Assembly: GCA_001661245.1 (NCBI GenBank)
Contig: KV454015.1
Location: 475,465-539,464 of the forward strand
Reading direction: 5' to 3'
DNA length: 64,000 nt
Origin: Pachysolen tannophilus NRRL Y-2460
Lineage: Eukaryota
Shown piece by piece: positions 1-10,700 of the stretch. Positions within the stretch are counted from its first letter, which is position 1; every line of letters begins with the position of its first letter. Position numbers and translations under genes: made by a program. The notes under the pieces are model-generated. The model searched no databases, was not told where the DNA came from, and saw nothing but the letters and a program-made list of their open reading frames with translations.

Positions 1-2959
1 GGTGGTGGATAATAATTTTATTAATGGAAATGGTAATAATAGAATACATCATAATCTTAGAAAAAGATCAAATACAACACTTTCTACAATGTCAACGAAT
101 TCAGCGGTTAGTTCATCTAATTTATCTTTGGAACAAAAATTGGAGAATGCTCGTTTAATAAAACATGAAATGATTGGGAAATGTGGTGGTGATGAATTGA
201 TTAAAGGTGAAATACGAGTTGAAAAGGGTAATATTTTTGCTTTTGTATTTGATAATACATTTAGTAAAACAACTGCAAAGAAAGTTTTATTTACACAATA
301 TGTTCATAATGAAAATGGTGGTGTTATAAATTGTAATACTGCAGAAATTTCTCAAGAATTAAATCATAATATTGAAAATAGTAATTCTATTGAAAATAAT
401 AGACATTTTTCTCTTGCAGCTCCAACTTTATCACAAAGAAATTCTTTTGCTTATGATAAAAAAATTTCTACTTCATCTTCTTCATTATCTAATCATAAAT
501 ATTCACCTGAAATTACTCCAACGAATATTAGATTTGAAATACCAGAATTATCCACAAGTAAATTAGAAGATGATGATACTATATTAAGAGTTAAAGGTGG
601 GAAATATTTACAAGGATTTTTATTAAAAAGGAAAAGAAAAAGAACTGGGAAAAATTTTAATAAAAGATTTTTCACTTTAAATTTTAAATATGGAATTTTA
701 AATTATTATTTAAATGATAAATCAAAACATGTTAGAGGTAATATGTTTATTAAATATGTTGCTATAACAGCAAGTCAAAGAGAAAAAATTATTGTTCTTG
801 ATTCAGGTTTGGAAATTTGGACTTTAAAAGCATTGAGTGATGAAGATTTTAATGTTTGGGTTGCAGCTTTTAATCAAATAAAACAAGAAGGAAATAAAGA
901 TATTTTACAATTTAATAGAAACCATAATCATGGTTCAATGGAAACAATGTTAGAAAATAATTCACAAATAGAATTGGAGCTGGAACAAGATGAAGATGAA
1001 AATAATAAAAATTTTGGTGTTATTCCAGATGAACAACTTGTTAAAAATTTACAAACTTTACAAAATAAATTGGAATCAATAAAATTTAACACTTCATCCT
1101 TAATTGAAAATTTGGAAAATTATTCATTAACTAATTCAGATCAGCAACCACCACCACAATCAACTACAAATATACCTCCTTTATCTTCATCTTCACTGCC
1201 ATCTGTAACTTTATCTAGAAAATCTTCATTTTGGAGAAGAAAGAAATCAATGGAAGGTAATACCTTAAGAGCAAGAAATAATTCTATTGATGATAGTTCA
1301 AGTACTTTCAAACCTGGTATAAACAATAACACTACAACGGCTGTTGTAGCAACAAATAACTTTAACCCTTATCTGTCATCAAGAGATATATATAAAGAAA
1401 TTGAAGAAATGGGTAAAATGCTACAACAAATAATTGATAAACAACAATTAAATCTTCAATTGACAAAACAAATATCTACAAAATCGACTACAGCCAATAG
1501 TATCTTTTCTCAGGAATTCTTTGATGCTAATGAATTTATGAATGAACTTAATAGTGGTGTGCTAATGTTAAGTGACGATTCTAATGATAGTTCAAGTGTT
1601 ACCAATAATAAAGGAATTGCATCTATTAATGGGAAAGTACCTAGGACTCCTTTAGGTGTAAGAGAAGATCTTTTATCATCAACAACAATCGAAGAGGTTA
1701 CATCAGTTATAAGTTCAAGTGAAGAAGATGATGACGATTTAAAGAAAATTGAACCAGTTAAACTGTCATCGACAATTTATGAAGAAGGTGATTTATATCC
1801 TTTAAGTTCCATTAAGACAAAAGTTAAAAGAAGAAATGACGTAAACCCTAGTACTGTTTCACCACCATCAATTATATCATTTCTTCGTAAAAATGTTGGT
1901 AAAGATTTGTCAACAATTGCTATGCCTGTTTCTGCTAATGAACCTTTAACATTATTACAAAAATATAGTGAAATTATGGAATATTGTAATTTGTTAGATG
2001 ATGCATTTAATTCTGACTCTAATTCAGGGGAGAAAATCCTTAAAGTTGCTACTTTTGCAGTTTCTTATCTTTCATCATTAAGAGCAAAAGAAAGAAATAT
2101 TCGGAAACCTTTCAATCCATTACTTGGAGAAACTTTTGAGTTAGTTAGAGAAGATTTAGGTATGAGATTAATTACAGAAAAAGTTAGTCATAGACCTCCA
2201 ATTATGGCAATTTTTGCAGAATCCGAAAATTGGACAATAAATTATAGTCCTTCACCAGCTCAAAAATTTTGGGGTAAAAATGCTGAAGTTATCAATAAAG
2301 GTGTTTTGACACTTACTTTTAAGAAGACGGGAGAAGTTTATCAATGGTCACAGCCAACAACGTTATTGAAAAATATTATTGCAGGTGAGAAATATACTGA
2401 ACCTTCTGGTGCCATTACATTAACATCATCCAATGGTCAACGTGCTATAGTTGATTTTAAGCAAAATGGTGTATTTAGTGGAAGATCAGAATCTTTAACT
2501 ATTCGTTGTTTTGATGCTGATAATGTGGAATTGAACAAAATTATCAAGGGAACTTGGACTGAACAATTATTGCTCAAAGATTTGAATACAAAAGAAGAAA
2601 CTTTGATTTGGAAAGCAGGTAATTTGGTCAATAATTTTGATAAAAAATATGGATTTACTGAATTCTCTGCCTCGTTAAATGAAATCACAGAAATAGAAAA
2701 AGATAAAATAGCACCTACAGATTCCAGATTAAGACCTGATTTACGAAGTTACGAGAATGGAAGTGTTGATAATGCTGAAGCATTGAAATTAGAATTGGAG
2801 CAAAAACAAAGAGATAGAAGAAATCAAGGCGAAGTTTTTAAACCTAAATTCTTTGTGAAGAATGGAGATGATGATAGTTATAAGTTCATTTCAGGTAAAG
2901 ATAGTTACTGGGAGAAGAGGAAGAAGCAAGATTGGGGAGATTTGGTGAAATTGTGGTGA
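1..2959 (+). CDS. OSH3: Oxysterol-binding protein Osh3 (GOLD-PH-ORD), 5'-truncated by the window
   Basis: GOLD-like FAFVFDNTFSKT, PH domain (LQGFLLKRK...RFFTL), ORD motifs DLSTIAMPVSANEP, KPFNPLLGETFE, EKVSHRPP, PTDSRLRPD. Confidence 0.93.
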   Translation, partial: VVDNNFINGNGNNRIHHNLRKRSNTTLSTMSTNSAVSSSNLSLEQKLENARLIKHEMIGKCGGDELIKGEIRVEKGNIFAFVFDNTFSKTTAKKVLFTQYVHNENGGVINCNTAEISQELNHNIENSNSIENNRHFSLAAPTLSQRNSFAYDKKISTSSSSLSNHKYSPEITPTNIRFEIPELSTSKLEDDDTILRVKGGKYLQGFLLKRKRKRTGKNFNKRFFTLNFKYGILNYYLNDKSKHVRGNMFIKYVAITASQREKIIVLDSGLEIWTLKALSDEDFNVWVAAFNQIKQEGNKDILQFNRNHNHGSMETMLENNSQIELELEQDEDENNKNFGVIPDEQLVKNLQTLQNKLESIKFNTSSLIENLENYSLTNSDQQPPPQSTTNIPPLSSSSLPSVTLSRKSSFWRRKKSMEGNTLRARNNSIDDSSSTFKPGINNNTTTAVVATNNFNPYLSSRDIYKEIEEMGKMLQQIIDKQQLNLQLTKQISTKSTTANSIFSQEFFDANEFMNELNSGVLMLSDDSNDSSSVTNNKGIASINGKVPRTPLGVREDLLSSTTIEEVTSVISSSEEDDDDLKKIEPVKLSSTIYEEGDLYPLSSIKTKVKRRNDVNPSTVSPPSIISFLRKNVGKDLSTIAMPVSANEPLTLLQKYSEIMEYCNLLDDAFNSDSNSGEKILKVATFAVSYLSSLRAKERNIRKPFNPLLGETFELVREDLGMRLITEKVSHRPPIMAIFAESENWTINYSPSPAQKFWGKNAEVINKGVLTLTFKKTGEVYQWSQPTTLLKNIIAGEKYTEPSGAITLTSSNGQRAIVDFKQNGVFSGRSESLTIRCFDADNVELNKIIKGTWTEQLLLKDLNTKEETLIWKAGNLVNNFDKKYGFTEFSASLNEITEIEKDKIAPTDSRLRPDLRSYENGSVDNAEALKLELEQKQRDRRNQGEVFKPKFFVKNGDDDSYKFISGKDSYWEKRKKQDWGDLVKLW

Positions 2960-3515
2960 AAAAAAAAAATGAAAAAAAAAAGAAAAGAAAGAAGAACTTG
3001 AAACTGATGTATATTTAAAAGATTATTCGATTGTGATAGAGTATTTTTATAGAATGAAGAAGAAGAACACAAAGAAGAACACGCTAGCCCTTTTTACTTT
3101 AATTTATTCTATCTATTTTTATTTTTGTTTTTTTGTTACTTATTATTATTTTGTTTTCTGTTAAAACTTTACTATACTTTATTTACAATTAGATTAATAA
3201 AAGATCATTCAAACATAAATTTGGAAACCTTACTCAGCAAAGAAAAAGGAAAGTTACTTTATATCAAAACTTGTGGTTAATTGCAATTAATTTTGACATT
3301 TTTTTGTTAATTTTGTTAATTTTCAATTTTTCAATCTGGTAAACAAAAAAAAAAAACAAAAAAAAAAAAAAAAATCAAAATATCATCTACAAAGATGCCT
3401 TTTATTAGTAATTTTTATTTATTTTATAATTCATTTAAAAAAAATAAAAACTCTTTTTGATTCCTTGATTCCCTTGGTGATTAGGTGATTGTTAAGCTTG
3501 ATAACAAGATTAGAA

Positions 3516-4655
3516 ATGGAGAGTGTGAATGATATAAAGAATAAGGAGAATAAACAGCTTATTGCTAAATACAAGAAATATATATCGTCTGCGAAATATG
3601 ATCCGAATACGGGCGAAGAATTATACTGCATTTGCAGAAGACCAGATAACGGAGAATTAATGGTTTGTTGTGATGGATGTGACCAGTGGTTTCATTTCAA
3701 GTGCAAGGGGTTGGATCTTAAACTTGATAAGTTGGTTTCAAATTATTATTGTATATTTTGTGATGAGCTTTTTGAAAAAGGGAAAACATTATGGAAGAAG
3801 AAATGTCTTTTAAAAAATTGTTACAATCCAATTAATATAGACTTGAGTACAGGTAAAGTTTCCAAATATTGTTGTAATGAACATGGGAAATTATATTTAA
3901 GGCACAAATTTTCAAACAAATTTGATAATGATAGTTCAATCAAGTTGGATGAGTTTAGCAAGATTTTAAAAGATGTTAGTAGTTTTGATAGTTTTCTTCG
4001 ATTAGGAGATCATTTACCAATGGATTATAAAAATAATCCAAATTTCCCTGAAAAGATTAAGATTAAGATAGACAATATGAATAATGAATTAAAAAAATTG
4101 AATGAATCTTTAAAAATGGTGGAATTAAAAAAATCTTATTTAAATAATACACGTGAAAAGGTCAAAATTTATAACGATGAGATATTTAAGATAAATAATC
4201 TGATGAATGAAGCAAAGCAAGTTGCTGATCTAAAGCAAGAAGAAGAACAAGAAGAGGCGGCAGCTGTTAAGAAATCTAAAAAAAATAGCAAATCTAAGAA
4301 TAAGAATTTAGTGAAAAAAGTGGACATTTGTGGCTATGATTATAAACTTAGCCAAATTGAAAATGCAGTATCTCTTAACAACATTCAAATACACCCAATA
4401 AAGTCTCTCTCAGATTTTTTAAGCGAGGAAGAAGTTTCCAATTTTGCTACAAATTATAAAGACAATTCGGATAATATATTATACAGTTTATGCATTAAAG
4501 AGAGAAATAAATGTTTTAAACATTCATACTGGTATGATATCAAAATTGATAGTTTGAATTTACAATTTCAAGAATTAAACTTACAGAAACTGAATATTAA
4601 CAAGAAAATTGAATACTTGATATCAAATGGGTGGGATTACTTGGAAGATTACTAG
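3516..4655 (+). CDS. SPP1: COMPASS PHD-finger subunit Spp1/Cps40
   Basis: PHD finger YCICRRPDNGELMVCCDGCDQWFHFKC, SKYCCNEHG, C-terminal C..KH..W motif; first ATG at 3516. Confidence 0.9.
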   Translation: MESVNDIKNKENKQLIAKYKKYISSAKYDPNTGEELYCICRRPDNGELMVCCDGCDQWFHFKCKGLDLKLDKLVSNYYCIFCDELFEKGKTLWKKKCLLKNCYNPINIDLSTGKVSKYCCNEHGKLYLRHKFSNKFDNDSSIKLDEFSKILKDVSSFDSFLRLGDHLPMDYKNNPNFPEKIKIKIDNMNNELKKLNESLKMVELKKSYLNNTREKVKIYNDEIFKINNLMNEAKQVADLKQEEEQEEAAAVKKSKKNSKSKNKNLVKKVDICGYDYKLSQIENAVSLNNIQIHPIKSLSDFLSEEEVSNFATNYKDNSDNILYSLCIKERNKCFKHSYWYDIKIDSLNLQFQELNLQKLNINKKIEYLISNGWDYLEDY

Positions 4656-4799
4656 ATATTTAATCACAATTGTATTTAAATGTAATAAAAAAAACGAATA
4701 ACAAAATTAATATAGTATAACAACGCAAAAGGTCGAAAAAACGAGTCCTTTCTTTTTTCTATTTTTTTTTTTTTTCCTAGTAAAACAGTGGTAAGTAAA

Positions 4800-6266
4800 C
4801 TATTCCTTCATTTCGACATCTCCTTCTTCTTGTTCTTTTTTTTCTTCTTTGTGGTCATTTTCATCTTCTTTTGATTTTTCATTTTTCTCTTGTTCAACTT
4901 CACGTTTTACTTCTTGGTGTTCTTGTTCTTCTTCCTCCTCCATCTTCTCATCTCCATCTCCTTCATCCTCTCCTTCTTCTTCTTCTTCTTCTTCAGCTTC
5001 TTCAACGATATGTGGCTTGAAAATTTCAATCAAGTTATCATCACCAGAAGCAATCACTAAATCTTCCAAGATAGGACTCCATTGGAAATCACTAATTCCA
5101 CTAGTGAAACCTCCATGAATAAATTTCAGTATAGGATCATTATAATCAATATTTTTCACAAATTCCTGTTCATCAAAATCCTCATCATTCAATTTACTTA
5201 AATCCCAAATCATTAGTCTTCTATCTATAGAAGAACTCATCAACTGATTTGGTTTTAAAGGATTGAATTGTAATTGCAATATAGAAGCATTATGTCCATA
5301 TAATTTTCTAAAAGGTTTTGACATTTTTCTCAAATCCCAACAGTTTATCAAGTTATCAGAACCACCAGTGACTAATAAGTTTCCCAATTCTGGATTAAAA
5401 GACACTGCGTTAATATCGAAATTAGGTCCATGAGCCTGTTCTATTTTCAATAGTGGATTTTTAACATCTACTCCATTTTCAATCCTCAAATCATGAATTT
5501 GTAAAGTCTTATCATCACTAACAGAAGCAATCAAATAATTATATTTTTTATTCCAAGAAATATCGTTAATAACAGAATCATGTGTTTCAATAATTTTCTT
5601 TGGTTTAGAAACAGAAAAGGTTAAATCCCAAAAGGCAAGCTTTGTATCCTGAGTACCACTAATTAACTGATTTGGATTATTAGGATTCCATTCCAAACCA
5701 AATCCATCTTTAGTATGAAATTTCAATTCATATTCATAACTGGCTTCATTCTTGTCAACATTAAAAATTAAAATTGATCCAGAATTAGTTAAAGTTGCAA
5801 TCTTATTTCCTAAACAATTGAACCTAGCCTTGTTAACTTCACCAGGATGTTCCCACTGATGTAATAATTTTAAACTCTGCTCAATCCTAGATGAAGAAGT
5901 AGTAGATATTGGTAACAGTGTCTTATAATCATTTGATAATGATGCTGGTAAGTCAATGGAATAAATTTTCAAATAATCTTTTGAATTGGACGAAGTATTA
6001 GTTCCAACTAAAAACTTCAAGCTCACCATAGTCTTAGATTCATTCAACTTATAATAAGTTGGATGCCACTGAATGGTAAGATTTGGCCATTCAAACAGTC
6101 TAGTATAAATGGTATCATATAATAATGGAACCGTCTTCTTCCATATTTTAAATTCTTCATTGATGATTTTTTCATTCTCTTGATACCTCTTATTTCTATC
6201 AATTGGAGTCGGTACAGACTCCTTCTGAATACTATTGCTACCTCCTACTTCAGTTGCCGGTGCCAT
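4800..6266 (-). CDS. RbAp46/48-family WD40 histone-binding protein (Msi1/Hat2/Ume1-like) with acidic tail
   Basis: NEEFKIWKKTVPLLYD, EWPNLT, HPGEVNKAR, WD repeats, FIHGG; paralog identity unresolved. Confidence 0.88.
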   Translation of the reverse strand: MAPATEVGGSNSIQKESVPTPIDRNKRYQENEKIINEEFKIWKKTVPLLYDTIYTRLFEWPNLTIQWHPTYYKLNESKTMVSLKFLVGTNTSSNSKDYLKIYSIDLPASLSNDYKTLLPISTTSSSRIEQSLKLLHQWEHPGEVNKARFNCLGNKIATLTNSGSILIFNVDKNEASYEYELKFHTKDGFGLEWNPNNPNQLISGTQDTKLAFWDLTFSVSKPKKIIETHDSVINDISWNKKYNYLIASVSDDKTLQIHDLRIENGVDVKNPLLKIEQAHGPNFDINAVSFNPELGNLLVTGGSDNLINCWDLRKMSKPFRKLYGHNASILQLQFNPLKPNQLMSSSIDRRLMIWDLSKLNDEDFDEQEFVKNIDYNDPILKFIHGGFTSGISDFQWSPILEDLVIASGDDNLIEIFKPHIVEEAEEEEEEEGEDEGDGDEKMEEEEEQEHQEVKREVEQEKNEKSKEDENDHKEEKKEQEEGDVEMKE

Positions 6267-6465
6267 TTTTCAAGAGAAAGAGCTAATTAGAACACAATTA
6301 TAGTAATAAAATATTCAATTTAATTGTTAAAAATATATAAATATAAATATATATAAAAATATATATAAATTTAATAAAAATATGTTGAAACTATTTTTGA
6401 GCATAGATTTAAAAAATTTTGGAAACCAATATTTAATTATAAAATTGAATATACAAATATATACG

Positions 6466-7716
6466 ATGATGAACAGGTATAGAGTGCTTTATCTGGTGTT
6501 GCCTGTGTTATCTAGCTGTGCTAGCATTATTAATAGTCCATTTGGTGAATTACAAAACTATTTATCGATTTTTACAAATTCAGACACCAAATATTCACCT
6601 CAATGTCCAATTGATATTCCATATTCATGTTCTAACGATACACCAATATATGATTCTTGTTGTTTTGAGTCTCCTGGGGGTGTTGTTCTTCAAACTCAGT
6701 TTTGGGATTATTATCCACTGGTGGGGCCTGATGATATGTTTACGCTTCATGGGTTATGGCCTGATAATTGTGATGGTTCATATGAACAATTTTGTGATAG
6801 CAGTTTAAATATTCATGGTGATATTGAACAACAAGTTTTCCTAAAATATAATGAGACTGAATTATTGCATAAGATGAAAAAATATTGGAAGAATTTCAAT
6901 GGTGATGATGAGGAATTATGGGTTCATGAATTTAATAAACATGCAACTTGTATGACTACAATTAAACCTAGTTGTTATGGTAATTTTTATAAAGAATTTA
7001 TTAATGCTTTAAATTTCTTTAATGTTACTGTTAATCTTTTTGAGCAATTACCTACTTATAAGTGGTTGACTAGTAATGGGATTGTTCCATCAGAATCTCA
7101 AACTTATACAAGACAACAAATTGAAAATACTTTATCTTCACAATTTGGTCAACCTGTATATATTGGTTGTAATAGATATAATGCATTACAGGAAGTCTGG
7201 TACTTTCATCATGTTAAAGGTTCCATATTATCAGAAAATTTTGAACCAATTCCATCATTGTTAAATTCTCATTGTCCAGAAAGTAATATTAAATTTCTTC
7301 CAAAAAATTTTAAACCAACACCAACTGGTATTCCACCTCCTTCAAAACCTACAGATGGTACTTCATTACAAGGTTTTATCAAGCTAACAGGTAATGATGG
7401 ATGTTTGATAAGTAATGGTAAATGGTACAAGAGTGGTACATGTGCAACCTATCATCTAGTTAAAGCACCATTTGGTGGTTATAATTTAAGAACAAGCAAA
7501 GGTTATTGTGGTATTGATGATTATAATCAATTAGCATGTAATAGTAAGATAAGTCCAATGCAATTTCAATTCGATAAAGCTTCTAAATTGATTACTTTTG
7601 GTGGGAAATTTATTTGGAGTGCATATGAAGAACCTACAAAATGGAAACAAGTTCCAATTAGTCCAGGAGATGAAGGTGGAAGTCACATTTTTAAACTTAG
7701 ATTTGATTTTAGATAA
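6466..7716 (+). CDS. RNY1: Secreted/vacuolar RNase T2
   Basis: CAS I FTLHGLWPD, CAS II WVHEFNKHATC, signal peptide after ATG 6466, fungal C-terminal extension. Confidence 0.93.
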   Translation: MMNRYRVLYLVLPVLSSCASIINSPFGELQNYLSIFTNSDTKYSPQCPIDIPYSCSNDTPIYDSCCFESPGGVVLQTQFWDYYPLVGPDDMFTLHGLWPDNCDGSYEQFCDSSLNIHGDIEQQVFLKYNETELLHKMKKYWKNFNGDDEELWVHEFNKHATCMTTIKPSCYGNFYKEFINALNFFNVTVNLFEQLPTYKWLTSNGIVPSESQTYTRQQIENTLSSQFGQPVYIGCNRYNALQEVWYFHHVKGSILSENFEPIPSLLNSHCPESNIKFLPKNFKPTPTGIPPPSKPTDGTSLQGFIKLTGNDGCLISNGKWYKSGTCATYHLVKAPFGGYNLRTSKGYCGIDDYNQLACNSKISPMQFQFDKASKLITFGGKFIWSAYEEPTKWKQVPISPGDEGGSHIFKLRFDFR

Positions 7717-7900
7717 TTCAACATACAAAATTTTTCAATTACATTAAATCATTTTATTATTTTTTTATATTTTTAATTTTTTTACAAGAAATACATTTTG
7801 GTATCATCACTTTTAATCATTCCAATTTTCATTTTGATGCTATATGCTATCCGTAAAATTCCAAATGTCAAATTCGCCAAACCCCCCAAATCAAACAATC

Positions 7901-8308
7901 TTATGAAAGTAAATTTTTTTCAATCTTATCTGAAGCAACAAAATCCTTTGCTTTTTCTAAATTTTCACTTCTATCCTCATCATCTGAATTTTGATAATAT
8001 AAATTCTTTAGTTGGTTTCTCATATTACTATTATAAATATTATTAAATAATGTTGGTCAATCAGTAATTTTTAAAAATCAATTAAAAATACTAAAGAAAA
8101 AAAGAAAAAAAAATTAAACTTACATTGAGTACTCGGTAGCAGGTACTGATGAATTGGAAACTGAAATACCAATACCCATACCTTGTTGATTCCCATTTTT
8201 CTTACCGCCATTTTTCTTGCCGCGTGAAAATTCCTTATCATGCTGTGTTGTAATTTCATGTTCCTGCTGCATACCATCCAGATTAATCGATGAATTTTGC
8301 TGATCCAT
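7901..8308 (-). CDS. Putative two-exon orphan protein, 103 aa (exons 8308-8124 and 8027-7901)
   Basis: GTAAGT at 8123 overlaps the ORF-track stop; branch-like TACTGAT (8066-8060) or GACCAAC; TAG acceptor at 8028; phase-2 join restores an open frame to TAA at 7903-7901. Confidence 0.5.
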
Positions 8309-9699
8309 TATCTAACGAGATTCTATAATAAACCAAAAGAAGGAACTAACAGCTTAATCTAAAATAATATATATTACTTATGTCAAAACTAAAATTGGTA
8401 TTTCTTTAGATATATATATTTATATATATATATATAAATAGCAAGAATTAAAGAATTATAAAAGACAAGACATACACATAAATAGATACAGAAACAGAGA
8501 CAGAGATCAGGGGTATTAATGATTTTATTTTGTTGGTATTATTGAATCTTCACTATGTATAATATGCATGTGAATAACTTGCTGCGGAATAATTATTAGG
8601 ATTCACGCATAGAAAAGCAATCCAACAAGTAAGTAGTTGGCAGTATCACAACAACCAAAAGAAAGGGAAAGAAAGAGAGAGAAAGTGTGTGTGTATATAT
8701 ATGGGAAAAGAGGCAACAAATTAGAAATCTAGAATTGTACTAGAACTCATTGCTTGTACAAGAACTCATTGCCTTCATTTACCAGTGCCCAATGGTATTT
8801 TATTATATATAGCCTTCTGGAAGGAAGGAAAAAACAATGAAAAAATGAACTTAAAAGCACAGTATTTTATAATTGACTTAAAAGAGAATTAAAAAAGGTT
8901 TGGGGGTTACATCTGTTTCCCCCAAATAACAAAAAAGAATAACTCACATAAAAAAATAATTAAAGTAAAGCTTTATATGTATGAAGAAGAATGCATAATA
9001 ATAATAGAAGTTGTATCTTTGTAAGGAAAGAATAATTTTGTAATTGCTGTTCTGCTTCAAGATAAATTTTTTTTTTATTTTCAATTTTTCATATTAAACT
9101 AAAAATTTATTTAACATGTCTTTTAATTCGTTTAAGCTAAGGCTAATTTTAGTTTGAAATAGAACAAATGCCTTTTTCTTTTCTTTTTTCAAAAATAAAA
9201 AAAAAAAGAAAAAAAGAATTGTATCAAACTTTAGTAAACTATTAAACGGTAATAAACACTAAATATACTTGAAGTAAAATAAATAGTTGATCATCAGTTG
9301 GCGGAAAGTTGGACAAATACCAGTATAAATCCTCGGACAATTTTTTTACTATTAGTATCTATCTATCTATTTATCTATATCTATTATTTGCATTATCTAA
9401 AGGCAAGAAGAATAAGGCAAGAATAACAACATGACTTTTCTTTTTTTGCTTTTATTTAGTTTGTCAAGTTTTGCTTGCTTGTCTCAGATTTAACAATAAT
9501 TCTTCTTTATCACCAAGACAAAAAAAGAAAGAAAAAAAAATTTAGCCGTGTAAAGAGATAAACTCTTCCGAATAATATTCTAAATCATCATCAAACTCAT
9601 TTTATAACTTACTAATTTTTAAATAAAATTGAATTTTATTTTTCCAGTTCTTCCATTTTTCAATTTTTCACTTTCCGAAAATGTAAAAAATTACATCAA

Positions 9700-10565
9700 A
9701 CTGATAAGGAAATTATAGCTTTTCTTCAAATAAGAAAAAAACTTTACAAAACCGTTATTTTTTAAAATAGAGCCAGTCATTTGACTGACCCATCACTCAA
9801 ATGTCTTTTGATGCAAAATCTAAATCAATAAATATAACTTCCACTAAATGGCTCGTGCAGCCGGGTATGTCGTTGATGAATTATAAAAGGCCTTTTCCTT
9901 AAATAACTCAAAAAAAAGATAAATAATACCGATAAAAAATAAGCTTTTTCTCCGTGCATTTATGCAGTTTGACGCTTATTTAGCTTTAGTTTCGATAATT
10001 TAATTCCAGTATGTTTAAAAGATAAGATGTGTTTGAGTTTGAGCAACAACACATTTATTTGAAAAAGAAGGAAAGAAAAAAAAGAAATTGTAGTTGATTT
10101 TTTTTTTGCTGATTTTTAGAAAAAATTGATTCGGTTCGGTTCTTTGAAGACAAGTTAGCCTATTATAATAAGGTTATTTGTTTTTTTAGTAATAATTGGA
10201 AAATTGTTTTACAAAGCATGATTTAAAATATTGAACTTGTGATAAAAATGTTATGTATTGTGTATTGTGTATTGTCTGTTGTGTGTTGTGTGCTGCTTTC
10301 ACTGATGTTGCAATTACAGAAAAAAGCTTAAAAAAGTCATTCGACTGATAACAAAGTAGATAAACTATAGAACTAAATGAGCAAAAAGATTACATACATG
10401 ATACCTGATTAAGTTTTTTTTTTTTTTTTTTTTTGGTTAATTTGAAGCCACATAACAGTCGGCAACGCATGAAGGTGAGGCACATACATTGGTTAGGATC
10501 AACTGTATAACTAGAATAAAAGAAAGAAAGAACAAAAAAAAAAAAAACTTGTCTCTCTCTTATCT
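9700..10565. promoter_or_regulatory. GATA (nitrogen-catabolite) elements upstream of the OPT gene
   Basis: GATAAG at about 9703 and 10021, CTTATC near 10560, further GATAA copies; fits a peptide transporter. Confidence 0.35.
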
Positions 10566-10700
10566 ATTATCTATCTGTATTGTATATATATTAAGCTGAA
10601 AATTTCCTCTTAAGTTTTATAAGAAAGGATCACCGTAGTTGGGAATCGTTAATAATTATTCATTATTTAATTATTTAATTATTTATTTAATAATTAAACG

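Noticed and set aside
9770..9860. Riboswitch-like stem upstream of the OPT gene (GAGCCA..TGGCTC, CAGTCA-TT-TGACTG)
   Set aside because: No TPP aptamer consensus; stems are short
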